Below are positions 1-10,268 of a stretch of DNA of 64,000 nt, one piece after another. The first letter of the stretch is position 1, and the number at the start of each line of letters is the position of its first letter. The notes beneath the pieces were generated by a model. That model saw nothing but the letters and a program-made list of their open reading frames with translations, ran no database searches and was not told the DNA's origin. The translations under genes were made by a program, and so were the position numbers. This stretch comes from a virus, in IMG/VR virus record IMGVR_UViG_3300025015_000001; one strand, 5' to 3'.

Positions 1-93
1 CCAACACTATCCCAATCAAGCACCACAATTTCCCTAATTGTTTTACCTTTAATATCCTGGAACTCGGTTATACATTTCATTTTATTACACCTC

Positions 94-282
94 TTAATTT
101 TCTAATAATGTATCTGGTATATTGTTAAAGCTCTTGATAGCACCATCATTACTAAATGTACCAGAGTCACCAGCCCATCCTTTGTGAGAACCATCACTGC
201 TGTACACATGTATAGTCCCATCAGCATGCTTATCCTTCCACCCAATATGATTGCCACCTGCATCAAAAATATTTTCTCTCAT
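94..282 (-). CDS. hypothetical protein (62 aa, Gly-rich beta-hairpin-like)
   Basis: ORF with an SD-like GGAG upstream (ctcc at about 290) and a palindrome copy at 302. Confidence 0.6.
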   Translation of the reverse strand: MRENIFDAGGNHIGWKDKHADGTIHVYSSDGSHKGWAGDSGTFSNDGAIKSFNNIPDTLLEN

Positions 283-575
283 TTGTTATTCTCCTTTCAT
301 TTTTTAGAATTTCTAAATTTTGGTATTTAAATAGTAGATAATTACATTGCTGTATCAGAATATCTTTATCATTTAATGCAGGATTTTCCATTACCATCTC
401 AAAGCAATCCTTTAATAGACTGCCTATAGTCTTTCCTTGCGGAAGAGCAAACTCTTCCATTATATCATTACCGTTTATAGCGAGATGTTTTAGACTGAAT
501 ACATTTGACTTAGCTTTTATTTCTAGATATCTACGCTTTAATAATGTGCCCTCTATGTCCAGTGCACCCCCCCGC
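263..575 (-). CDS. cca: C-terminal part of CCA-adding enzyme (separated from the N-terminal part by a frameshift)
   Basis: LAINGNDIM...GKTIGSLLKDCFEMVMENPALNDK is the typical C-terminus of class II tRNA nucleotidyltransferases; joined to the upstream ORF by one extra G in the G7 run (C7 at 567-573). Confidence 0.75.
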
Positions 576-1686
576 GTGGTTCTTTTAGACCATTCCCAAT
601 CATGTCCGCCCATTTTAGTATACAAATGTCATCTACATATTCTTCCCCTAACTTATTTACAAATCTTCTTATAGCAGAATCTTTCATTTCCATAGAAGCC
701 ATGAACATATGGTGCTTGACTAGATTACAGACATACTCGATATCATCATTGCTAAACTTCAAACGTGTCATTATCTTTCTAGCTATCTCCTCCGATACGT
801 ACTCATGATTATGAAACGATGCTTCTGGTGTACTATAGTATGTACATGTGTACACTTTGCCTAAATCATGAAACAATGCTGCCCATCTTATTAAGGGATA
901 CTCTTTAGGAACTGCATCTATTGCTTCCATTGTGTGTCTGAACACGTCATGTTTGTGATATTTATTTTGCAGAAACCCGTAACACTTTTCAAGTTCAGGC
1001 AGAATATTATTGAGCAAATGAGATTGGTACAGCATATAAAACATAACAGATGGTTCATCAGACTTGTTAAAACATTTATCTATCTCAGATTTAATTCGTT
1101 CAATTGATATATTTTTAATATTTCCACCTAAGAGATATATAGCTTCTTCTGTAGCCGTATCCAAAGTAAACCCTAGTGTAGCTGCAAATCTAAATGCTCT
1201 AAGCATTCTAAGATAATCCTCTTTAAATCTGTCATGTGGGTTACCCACACATTGTATTATTTTATTATGTATGTCAGCTATACCATTGTAGGGGTCAATA
1301 AATTTATTATTAAATGGATCGTATGCAATTGCATTAATTGTAAAATCCCGTCTGGTTAGATCTTCTATTAGGTCATTAATGAATTCAACTTTAGCATACC
1401 TCCCATCACAACTAACATCTTTCCTGAATACAGTAATCTCATACCCTTTGTTGGGATTAAGATGTTCATGTATCACAGTAACTGTGCCATGTGCTATTCC
1501 AGTGGGTATAGCTTTAAAATGTTCTTTACTAAACATATTCAGTAGCCCATTAGGTGGTGCATCAGTCGCTATATCTATATCAGAGGATGATTTTCCTAAT
1601 ATTAAATCTCTAACAAATCCACCAACTAAATATGATTGGTAGCCATTGTCTTTTAATATCTTGCATATCTCCATTGCAATTATCAT
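553..1686 (-). CDS. cca: tRNA nucleotidyltransferase (CCA-adding enzyme, class II) with HD domain, N-terminal part
   Basis: LVGGFVRD, DIDIAT, EDLTRRDFTINAIA, EDYLRMLRAFRF and HD motif LFHDLGK; start refined to MIIAMEI after the SD at 1691-1695. Confidence 0.92.
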   Translation of the reverse strand: MIIAMEICKILKDNGYQSYLVGGFVRDLILGKSSSDIDIATDAPPNGLLNMFSKEHFKAIPTGIAHGTVTVIHEHLNPNKGYEITVFRKDVSCDGRYAKVEFINDLIEDLTRRDFTINAIAYDPFNNKFIDPYNGIADIHNKIIQCVGNPHDRFKEDYLRMLRAFRFAATLGFTLDTATEEAIYLLGGNIKNISIERIKSEIDKCFNKSDEPSVMFYMLYQSHLLNNILPELEKCYGFLQNKYHKHDVFRHTMEAIDAVPKEYPLIRWAALFHDLGKVYTCTYYSTPEASFHNHEYVSEEIARKIMTRLKFSNDDIEYVCNLVKHHMFMASMEMKDSAIRRFVNKLGEEYVDDICILKWADMIGNGLKEPRGGVHWT

Positions 1687-1898
1687 AGCGCTCCCACTTA
1701 ATTTTAGAATTTCTAAAACCCAATTGACAAGGCATAGCAAAAATCAATGCCAAGATTTTCAAGCACATCCTCTAAGTCATCATTGGAACTACCTGCATTA
1801 TATACAGATTTAGCTACATCTTATTGGGGCCGTCTCTACTCGTATTGGTGTTACATAACTGACTTCAAGAACACCTACTATTATTTTCATTTGAAACT

Positions 1899-2063
1899 TC
1901 ATTTTACCTCCAATACTAATTTTGCTATCGCTATTATTTCTTTTGCCGCAGATACCTTACCATAAAGAAATGCCTTCCCCTCTGATGGCATTTCTTTACT
2001 CAATAACTTCTCATATACTTTTTGCTGCTCTTCCAATATTTCTATTAATTTATTAGCATTCAT
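1899..2063 (-). CDS. hypothetical protein (54 aa, MNANKLIEILEEQQKVYEK...)
   Basis: Manually translated ORF with an SD (GGAGAG) upstream; below the ORF-track cutoff. Confidence 0.5.
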   Translation of the reverse strand: MNANKLIEILEEQQKVYEKLLSKEMPSEGKAFLYGKVSAAKEIIAIAKLVLEVK

Positions 2064-2161
2064 ATAGGCTAACTCTCCTTTGTTATGTCTACAATAAAAC
2101 TGTTACTAAACTCCATATCTCCAATACCATAATCTTACTATATCATTTATATTAATAGTAG

Positions 2162-2434
2162 TCACTTCTTTCCCCCTTTTAAATACCAGTCTAAGCGCTT
2201 AGCTAAAGTATCTTCTCCAATATCCCCAGAGTAAAACCACTCGATATCATGTGCCAGTTTACCAGCTAAATCAATGGTCCTTTGGCAATCCTGAATAAGC
2301 TTAAGTACGTCTGGGCTGACACTAGGAGAGTAACCAAAATCGTCTTTAGTCTCATTCTCATCTATTTTATTTTGTAAGTTCTCTGCAAACTGTGAAATCC
2401 TAAAACACCCGTAATCAAATGAACCGCCTGACAT
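2162..2434 (-). CDS. phage hypothetical protein
   Basis: ORF with a GGAGG SD; palindrome copy at 2453 just upstream. Confidence 0.7.
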   Translation of the reverse strand: MSGGSFDYGCFRISQFAENLQNKIDENETKDDFGYSPSVSPDVLKLIQDCQRTIDLAGKLAHDIEWFYSGDIGEDTLAKRLDWYLKGGKK

Positions 2435-2469
2435 ATTACCCTCCTTATTAGTTTTTAGAAATTCTAAAT

Positions 2470-2796
2470 TTACAATCTGCAGGTTGTAGACTGGCTTAGT
2501 GTAATACCAATAAACTTATAGCATCTCTCAGCACAGGCCACCCATGTACTGGTATTATCTGGGTGTATAATGAATTGCTTATTACCATTGTATATATGAG
2601 AAATACAGTTCAATACATCTTCGTCCCTTTTTAATGTAAGTATAAATAGCATAACATTACCGGTAGTTTTTGTATCAGTAATTCTACTAGCTATGTTATT
2701 AAATACAAACGCGAAAGGTTTAATAATTTCTTCTTCCCTCAATGGCAAGCCTTTTAATATTTTGTCTTCTATTGATAGTTTGCTATCCGCAAGCAT
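2470..2796 (-). CDS. hypothetical protein
   Basis: ORF with an SD; palindrome copy at 2808 just upstream. Confidence 0.65.
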   Translation of the reverse strand: MLADSKLSIEDKILKGLPLREEEIIKPFAFVFNNIASRITDTKTTGNVMLFILTLKRDEDVLNCISHIYNGNKQFIIHPDNTSTWVACAERCYKFIGITLSQSTTCRL

Positions 2797-2885
2797 AATT
2801 TCTCTCCTTTAGAAATTCTAAAAAATAAATGAGTAGCTGGAGTATAATTAGATAGACTAAATAGAATCCTACGACTCATTTATTA

Positions 2886-3290
2886 TTACAGTGTTTCTAC
2901 CATTTTCTTAAGCTCCTCAAGAGACACACCCAAAAGCTTCTCATCTTCCTTCTGTGCAATGATGGATAGAAGCTTCTGCTTCTTCTCCTTAGCAACCATA
3001 GCTAACTCTGCTGTCTCAGCTTCCTTCAATCTTATGTCAATAACATGCTTAACTATATCGAATTTAAGCTGAAGAGCCTCGTCAGTCTTCCTTGCTCTCT
3101 GGACAAAACTCACATCAGTTTCGCTATCCTTCAATTTATGAAAGATATCCTTGGCGATATTATCTAAGCTTACTCCATCAGTCTTTGTGGTGATTAGTGG
3201 CATATCCCACAAATCCTCCACTGTAACTCCACCCTTTGCTGTATCAAACCGTACCTTCTGCCTACTTGCCTGTTCAAACATTGTTTCCAT
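2886..3290 (-). CDS. conserved phage hypothetical protein (MFEQASRQKVRF...VEDLWDMPL), partner of the adjacent 670-aa gene
   Basis: Strong SD (AGGAGG); N-terminus resembles a phage protein family that, from recollection, pairs with the neighbouring gene. Confidence 0.75.
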   Translation of the reverse strand: METMFEQASRQKVRFDTAKGGVTVEDLWDMPLITTKTDGVSLDNIAKDIFHKLKDSETDVSFVQRARKTDEALQLKFDIVKHVIDIRLKEAETAELAMVAKEKKQKLLSIIAQKEDEKLLGVSLEELKKMVETL

Positions 3291-3301
3291 GACTTCCTCC
3301 T

Positions 3302-5314
3302 TTAAAAGTTAATTTTAACTACACGATTGAAACTTCCCTTAACTTTACATAATACACTGTTTCTTTGTGTTGATGAGAAACCAAGACCACTTAACTGATT
3401 GTTAGATTCCTCAGTCTTCATCTTTGCTCCAACTACTTCAAATACCTTTCTATGTGCACTAAGTTCATCGGTTAGAAATTCATTAAAGAATCCTCTTGCC
3501 TTACCATCATTCAAGCAATCATCAAGCATAAAGAAATAGTGCTTATTACCAACGACTTTATCATCCCAGTGATTAGGTGAAAACATTACCATTGAGACTT
3601 TATGAAATGCCTGTGTTGAAATATTCCAAACTTCTTTTGTAGTCTGAGAAGGTGGTAAAGAATTAATAATCTCAAAACCATTCTTATGTGTATACTTAAT
3701 CTCAGCAACAGTTATGGTCTCACCATCTTTAACAGGCTTTGTATAGGAACATGAATGAATTATCCCGTCAAATTCAATCTCTACATCAAAACCAGTGTCA
3801 ACAGTTTCTCTCCTGCTAAAATTATTCACCTGTAGTTTATATATACCTTCTGTAATATGCTTACGGTCTGGATAACAGATATTCTCTACAGGAGTTCTTG
3901 ACCTACCTACACCTACATTCATATCAACATCAAGATTGCCTTTTGTGTGATAAGATACCTTGTGTCCATAGTAAATATGTTCTTTAGGCTCAACCATATG
4001 CAAATCAAGGTCGTCAAAATTAAACCACGATAGAGAGCATCTTAAATCTCCGTCAACCCTACCTCCAGCATTCTTGACTCGTTCCTTGATTGAATCTGCC
4101 AGTTCACCAGCATACGACCATGAAAACTTATTAGGCCATTTAAACATATTCTTGGCATCAGAATCAACAGGTGCTATCAAGCTAACTAAATTTCCTACAT
4201 GCTTGTTTTCAAACATAAGCTCTATAGATTCGGCCTTGGGCAGGATATTGTCGATAAAGGTCTCAATAGTAACTTCTTCAACCTTGTCAAAGTTCTTGAC
4301 AGTCTCTGGTACTTTACTACTAAGCTCATCAAAGATATCAGCATTTAATTTCTTTTTTGTCTCACGATCAGCAAACAAAATATTATTGATTGTTATATCA
4401 TTCATGATAGCATATCTACGTTCAAGTGCAGAGGTAAGCCCAAGTTCCTCAATCTTCTCTTTTGCCTTTTCTATCATAGCTTTTGTAATCAAAGCAGTTG
4501 GACGCTTGTAATTTGTTGGGGCAACTTTTGACTCGAAAGAAGCTACAGATGCTTCAAGCTCACGCCCCTCAGATATGTCAACTAGTAATGTACCAATAGC
4601 AGTATTACGAATACGGGATACTGACTGCGATATAGATTTAATTTGAGACCAGCAAAATATATCTTTCTCTTTAGCAGTCTTCAGTTTGTCAAATTGCTTC
4701 TTAAGCTTCTGAAAACTTTCTATTGCAAATTTATTCTCCTCTCCTCGATACAAAGAATTCTGTGCAATTAGTTCAAGAACAGTATCAATAGCATCAGTAG
4801 TAATCTCTGATAAGCTGCGATACAATACATCTTTTGAACCTTGGAAATCAGCAAGCTTAGTGCCTATACCAGCTTTCCCAACAACTGATTCCCCCGGAAT
4901 CTGCATGAGGAAATGTTCCCAAGTTAAGATTTCTCCTGACTCAAGATTCTGATAATTCTTATCAGTTCCAGCAGTATGTTCGGTGTGTAGAAAAACATTC
5001 TCAATAGATGATTTCTTAATCAATGTAGAGAGAGCATCAGCTACTATCTGATAATGTCCACCAACTTTTACATCCCAAATACTCTCAAGCTTTCCATCAA
5101 TTACAGCAACTACATTTCCTATTGCTCTAATAAACTGCCTGCAACACTGACAGTCATGTTCTGTTCGTTCTCTGAATGTAGTGTTAGTACCCTCTGGAAA
5201 ACTATTGAGATATGTCTGCCAAAGCAAATCTTTATCAACCTGAACCCTGAAAAGACTGTGACTTTTCATTCTATCAAATTGTTTCTGAACTCCTATCTTT
5301 ATATCACTAAACAT
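3302..5314 (-). CDS. conserved phage protein (670 aa) with a C-terminal YfaP/DUF2135-like motif
   Basis: Long ORF with a GGAGG SD; CxCC motif (HDCQCC); LSWFNFDDLDLH and LDVDMN motifs resemble DUF2135. Confidence 0.75.
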   Translation of the reverse strand: MFSDIKIGVQKQFDRMKSHSLFRVQVDKDLLWQTYLNSFPEGTNTTFRERTEHDCQCCRQFIRAIGNVVAVIDGKLESIWDVKVGGHYQIVADALSTLIKKSSIENVFLHTEHTAGTDKNYQNLESGEILTWEHFLMQIPGESVVGKAGIGTKLADFQGSKDVLYRSLSEITTDAIDTVLELIAQNSLYRGEENKFAIESFQKLKKQFDKLKTAKEKDIFCWSQIKSISQSVSRIRNTAIGTLLVDISEGRELEASVASFESKVAPTNYKRPTALITKAMIEKAKEKIEELGLTSALERRYAIMNDITINNILFADRETKKKLNADIFDELSSKVPETVKNFDKVEEVTIETFIDNILPKAESIELMFENKHVGNLVSLIAPVDSDAKNMFKWPNKFSWSYAGELADSIKERVKNAGGRVDGDLRCSLSWFNFDDLDLHMVEPKEHIYYGHKVSYHTKGNLDVDMNVGVGRSRTPVENICYPDRKHITEGIYKLQVNNFSRRETVDTGFDVEIEFDGIIHSCSYTKPVKDGETITVAEIKYTHKNGFEIINSLPPSQTTKEVWNISTQAFHKVSMVMFSPNHWDDKVVGNKHYFFMLDDCLNDGKARGFFNEFLTDELSAHRKVFEVVGAKMKTEESNNQLSGLGFSSTQRNSVLCKVKGSFNRVVKINF

Positions 5315-5440
5315 AAAGCCTCCTTTATTATTTTAGAAATTCTAAAATTAATTTCTTTAATAATGTCAATAACTTATAATTTTATATCTTTCCTTATAAA
5401 TTTAACTAAGAATTTAAAACTTATGAAGTTTTCTTCTCGC

Positions 5441-5803
5441 TTACTCCTGGGCTACAGCCTCTTTTATTTCTATGGTAAAAGGAGGTTTTATATTTTTTGC
5501 AGCAGCATCAAGTAGTAGTTGTAAATCCCTTACTGTATTTCTTAAATTTTCTTCAGAAGGTGAGGTATTACTATTATATTTATGTCCATCGGCATATTTT
5601 AAATATGTAAATTCATGTAGTCGAGTAGAATTAATCTGAATTCTTCTGGGTGCGTAGTAGTCCTTATCAATATTAAACCCTAACCTGCAAGCACCTGTAT
5701 AAAGAATATTAAAGTTACTTCCTACAAAATCATCCAATTGATTTCTTAATTGTAAGAACCCATCCACACCAATAGTACCAACAGTAATTGTAAGCTTTTT
5801 CAT
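5441..5803 (-). CDS. hypothetical protein
   Basis: ORF; start refined to MKKLT after a GGAG SD. Confidence 0.6.
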   Translation of the reverse strand: MKKLTITVGTIGVDGFLQLRNQLDDFVGSNFNILYTGACRLGFNIDKDYYAPRRIQINSTRLHEFTYLKYADGHKYNSNTSPSEENLRNTVRDLQLLLDAAAKNIKPPFTIEIKEAVAQE

Positions 5804-6011
5804 ATCTTTCTCCTTTGTGTAAGAAATTGTAGAGTGATTAATCACTCTTCTTTAAATATATTTTATATAACCTAACATACTTTATATAGATTTGATATTA
5901 TAAATATAAAGTTATTAGTTAATACATATTATTATTTTAGATATTCTAAAATGGTTTGATAAGTAATACATATATAAGAAGGTTTTTACCAACCAAAATT
6001 TTCACATTTTA

Positions 6012-6187
6012 CTATGTAAAACTTACATTCCACTATGCAAACTTTGCATAGCTATACATAACTGTATTATATCATTACAGTTTTTGCTATGAAAACTTTG
6101 CATAGTTATATAAACCCATATAAAATAAGGATTGCATTTATAACTATATAGTTTATTTAATAATTTTACTATGAAAAGTTTGCATAG
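6012..6187. repeat. cluster of 19-bp palindromes CTATGNAAASTTTGCATAG
   Basis: Copies at 6033-6051 (perfect), 6087-6105 and 6169-6187; degenerate copy at 6012-6030. Confidence 0.85.
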
Positions 6188-6196
6188 TATAAAATA

Positions 6197-6499
6197 TTAC
6201 ATATTCCTTATTATAAGATAGCGCAAGAAACCACCAGCCTCATGCGTAGCTGATGCGCCTACTATGACCCATTCAAGAATATCATTATTATCTACAGCAG
6301 CTCTAAGATACTCATCACCAAAGATCATCATATCATATCTATCAACTACAGAACTACTAAAGGTTATCCAATGAGTATCTTCTACTATACGAATATCATT
6401 ACTATTGTCATTTATACTGTTTCCAGTAATACTGATTGTTCTATCTTCTGCATAGGATATACTGCCTATACATAATAGTATAGCTAGTAGCACTCTCAT
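6197..6499 (-). CDS. hypothetical protein with a signal-peptide-like N-terminus
   Basis: MRVLLAILLCIGSISYA; GGAGG SD. Confidence 0.65.
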   Translation of the reverse strand: MRVLLAILLCIGSISYAEDRTISITGNSINDNSNDIRIVEDTHWITFSSSVVDRYDMMIFGDEYLRAAVDNNDILEWVIVGASATHEAGGFLRYLIIRNM

Positions 6500-6527
6500 T
6501 TGTTGTCCTCCTTTTGTAATAAATAAA

Positions 6528-6601
6528 TGGCTTACCCGCCTCGACTCGAACGAGGATATCTGACTTCAAAGGACAGCGACTTGCCATTAGTCCACGGGTA
6601 A
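6528..6601 (-). tRNA. tRNA-Gln(UUG)
   Basis: Cloverleaf: acceptor TTACCCG/CGGGTAA, anticodon loop CTTTGAA, T-loop TTCGAGT, encoded CCA. Confidence 0.92.
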
Positions 6602-6821
6602 CTATGCCCTACCATTAGATGACCCCTTAATATTATTTCTCTATTTTATGCAGATTTCAACAGATTTTAAAAACGCAGCAGCAAAATTGACATGTAATGA
6701 TTTCAATAACTTATGTCAAAATTTACGGGGGTTATATAACCTAAACCATAAATATATTTTATTAGATTTCTCACGTACACTCTCATATGCTTTGATTTTC
6801 TCAAGCATGCTCTTGTATGCT

Positions 6822-7022
6822 TCATTTTAAACTCTTTACTATATTATTAATTGACAAGAATTGTTTAGACTCACATCTAGGACAGATCTTACTGGCATGT
6901 ATAGTTTCACAATTTACACACAGTCTAGCTTGTGATAATGGCATGTGATTAGCCACACTAACCTCTTCTTCTGAGTATATCATTACATCATTAGGAATAA
7001 TATTTTTTAATAACCCTATCAT
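6822..7022 (-). CDS. small zinc-ribbon protein
   Basis: CVNC...CPRC; GGAG SD; palindrome variant at 7031. Confidence 0.6.
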   Translation of the reverse strand: MIGLLKNIIPNDVMIYSEEEVSVANHMPLSQARLCVNCETIHASKICPRCESKQFLSINNIVKSLK

Positions 7023-7501
7023 ATTTCTCCTTTTAGAATTTATAAACAAGTTTTTCTTTGAAGTGAAACGAAAAGCTAAAATAAGTCTTATAGTGAGTAT
7101 AACTAACCTATCTATGTTCGAGATAAATTATACCAGCTATCCCACACCCTATTAGCATGTTTTCATTTAATGAAAAATGAAAATAACTATTAGCTAATTT
7201 AAAAAGTATTACACTCACCACTACTTGCACAACACTACTTAGTATCTTCATTCTCATTTGATACCCCCCTTTATATTTTAGTAAATTATAAAATGTATAT
7301 CAGTACACTTTTCCAAAACCAGTATACGCCTATTGATATAGCAAGCCATGCTACTAAAAATTCCCAATTAATATTTTTCATTTTGCACCTCATTTTTTTG
7401 TTTTAGAAATTCTAAAATTATTTATTTAACATATCATTTTTTTACTTTTTTAAAAATTTTTTAAATTATTCTATGTTATAATATTTATATAACATAAAAG
7501 T

Positions 7502-7731
7502 AAAGGTTCATAATAGATTAACAGAACGCATATGTCGCTGACAAATCTGCTAGTAATTAATCATAAAAGTCTCAGACTATCCTGATTATAATTAATGTTA
7601 TATGTAGATAGTTATAGTACAATCCTAAGGTTAAAGATTATTGAAAGGTTCATACGTCGATGACGTTCTTGCTGCAGGATGCTTCTTGCGAAGCAAGCTT
7701 TAGTAGATAATCATAAAAGTCGCAGACTACC
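7502..7731. repeat. degenerate duplicated non-coding motif (two copies of about 85 nt)
   Basis: AAAGGTTCATA..GTCGNTGAC..TAGTA..TAATCATAAAAGTCNCAGACTANC at 7502-7582 and 7644-7731. Confidence 0.6.
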
Positions 7732-8559
7732 TTGTTGGGGCTTAACTATTGATGAGTAGAATTAAGTAGTAGATTCAAGATGTAAATGTTTTAATATCTT
7801 TATTATTAGAATCAGTATCATACATTATTTATTACACAATCTGAAAGTGAATTTGATACTTGTATCAGAAGACTTCACACTGCTTCCAGTATATCTGGAT
7901 GACATAAGCAGTTCCGTAAAGATGGAATTTGGACCATCCTGATTCGTACCTAATGAATATTATATGTCAATTGATTTGTTTAATAAATGATACTGTCAAT
8001 TTTTTTACTCTTGACAACCAACGCTATATTTGCGTCTAAAATTTGTTTACTTTTTCACCTGTCTTTTTATACTCGGAGTTGATAAAGCAAGCATCACATT
8101 CAGTATTTTTACAAGCTATTGCATCACTGCATGTACAAGCTTTCATAGCAATCGGATTCTCATCTTGATCAAAAGATACAAAATACTCCATCTTATGCTC
8201 ACACATTTTAGCCCCCTATGTAAATTGTTTTAGAAATTCTAAAATATTTTCTTACGTAAATCCTCAATGGCGGTGACCATATCGAGTGATGTATCCGCTT
8301 CCTATAAATCATATAGTATACGATTTGTTTATTTGTCGTAACATAATACATTAAGGATTTAAATAAAAAGACGTTTTTGTTTTGAGTGATAACGTCATAA
8401 CTCACTATTATTTTGTTATGTGGCCTCAATAACACGTATAGTGTTTCTCATATTGGCCACTGATATAATATCATTTCCGTTTCACCGCCCACGGATAAGG
8501 TACAACATTTTCAATTGTAGTGGTGATTTCATTTTGTTCATACTATATAGCATTCCTAT

Positions 8560-9200
8560 AGTATCAGTCTAATCAAACCACCAAAGAACACTGTTTCTTA
8601 TTAGAAGGCTTTTCACGTAGCCTTTAACGTTTTATTATATCTTATTAGAGAGCATTATAACATAGGTTGCTCTTAACCTATTTAGTTGTCTGATTCTTTA
8701 CCCACCGAATCATAGGGGCCACCGTTTACCTTTTTAGTAGGTAGTCGTGGTCACTTGTCACTGACGGATTGCCTTAGCCATTGGATATTCTGTTTAGAAC
8801 ATATTTAAGTGTTCAGACTGATTTGTTTTATTATATACGTTTTAGAAAATCTAAAACGTATATACTCAGTTCGTTATCACAGTTCAACAGAGTATCTCTT
8901 ATCAGTATACTACTAGCAACCTTTACCTTACTAAGGTACAGTGTCTTTATAACACTACCCCCTCATTAGGGTTGTTGTTCACCATTAGTTAAAGTATAGC
9001 TACCACGGTAATATACATACCGCCACATTGTGCGTGACACACAAGCCCACCGGTCACCTTGCCCAGCACTGGTCTTTATCCACTGAGCTTATACAAATCT
9101 TCACACTCAAACTGTAGCTTCTGAGTAGACCTTTCTATCGGTCTAATGGAACCTACTACAGCGTGTATCTATATAAGTTTATTCAGGACATAGATTATCA
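8560..9200 (-). ncRNA. candidate large structured non-coding RNA
   Basis: ORF-poor stretch with several hairpins on the minus strand (AAGGCT/AGCCTT, TAGGTT/AACCTA, TACCTT/AAGGTA, AGACC/GGTCT, GTGAC/GTCAC) and long-range pairs; boundaries approximate. Confidence 0.35.
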
Positions 9201-9665
9201 GTCAGTAGTAATACTTCTTATGAAGTAAACAAGATATTTATTGTCTATCTGATTGACTTTAGCTATTTCATTTTAGAAATTCTAAAATCATTTTACAGGG
9301 TTTCACTTCAAGTACTGATAATCATATTTAATTGTCTTTACGATTTATTTATTTTTATTTCCTGTGAGTAACCCCCATTAATCTTTTTAGTTAATTTCAT
9401 TTTAGAATTTCTAAAATCATTTTTAAATTTTACATTTTAGAATTTCTAAAATCAAATAAATTGGAGTATATTCTAATTGACTTTTAAACAAAAAGATACC
9501 GTTAATTTTAGAATGTTATCTAAAATCTTTCAGTATAATTTGTTTATTTAATTTTTGATTAGATGATACTTTTTTAATATTATAAATTAAGACTAACTTA
9601 TAATATTAAAAAAGTATTGAAGGGGTTAAAATTACCCCTTCAATTTTTGATATTTTGATATGATG

Positions 9666-10268
9666 TTAAATCCTACCTTCACTTATTGGATTAAGTGGAT
9701 TAACAGCCGGCACTTGTAAACCCAGCTTTTCAATAATCTCTTCAGTAGTCAGAGAAGAGAGTAACAGCATTTTTTCTTTCTCCTTTTCCGCCTTTTCCTT
9801 GTCATGCAACTTTGTTTGAATAACACTTATCAATATATTGGTATCACCTATTGACAAGTCTTTTATATGACTATCTATGTACTTTGTAAAAGCTGTTAGA
9901 CAATCTGTTTCTTTCTTTGCTGCTTTTTCTTTGCTTGCGTTTCTTTTCTCAGATGCAGCACTTGAAAAGGCGTTTGCAAGAGGTAAATCACCGTTAGCAA
10001 GATAAGCAAGTAAAGTGCCCTTCCCACTTACAATCTTCAAATCACCTTCTTTCATGTCCTTATATGCGTTTGCTGTTGAGGCAACCTTTACCGTAAAAGA
10101 CTTACCCAAATTTTCCCAGTCGGTTTTTTTCATACCAACAATCTGAGTATTAATCTTAGTGTCAAGATTAAACGCATAGTCGCACTTTCTTGTATGTTCT
10201 AAGCTTGCAATCTCATTAACATCTTTAAAACCGTTAAACTCTTTTTCTAAATCTTGTATACTTATCAT
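9666..10268 (-). CDS. hypothetical protein (Lys-rich), first gene downstream of tandem promoters
   Basis: ORF; start refined to MISIQ after a GGAGG SD. Confidence 0.7.
   Translation of the reverse strand: MISIQDLEKEFNGFKDVNEIASLEHTRKCDYAFNLDTKINTQIVGMKKTDWENLGKSFTVKVASTANAYKDMKEGDLKIVSGKGTLLAYLANGDLPLANAFSSAASEKRNASKEKAAKKETDCLTAFTKYIDSHIKDLSIGDTNILISVIQTKLHDKEKAEKEKEKMLLLSSLTTEEIIEKLGLQVPAVNPLNPISEGRI

Noticed and set aside
8700-8800. Group I intron core
   Set aside because: Q-like (GGCAATCCG) and R-like (CACGACTA) words occur, but no matching S element (TAGTC) follows, so P7 cannot be built.
7050-9650. Stop-codon-recoded (code 15 or 4) genes hidden in the ORF-poor region
   Set aside because: The frames I checked around 7500-7750 still contain TAA or mixed stops, and long genes elsewhere translate cleanly with code 11 and end in all three stop codons.
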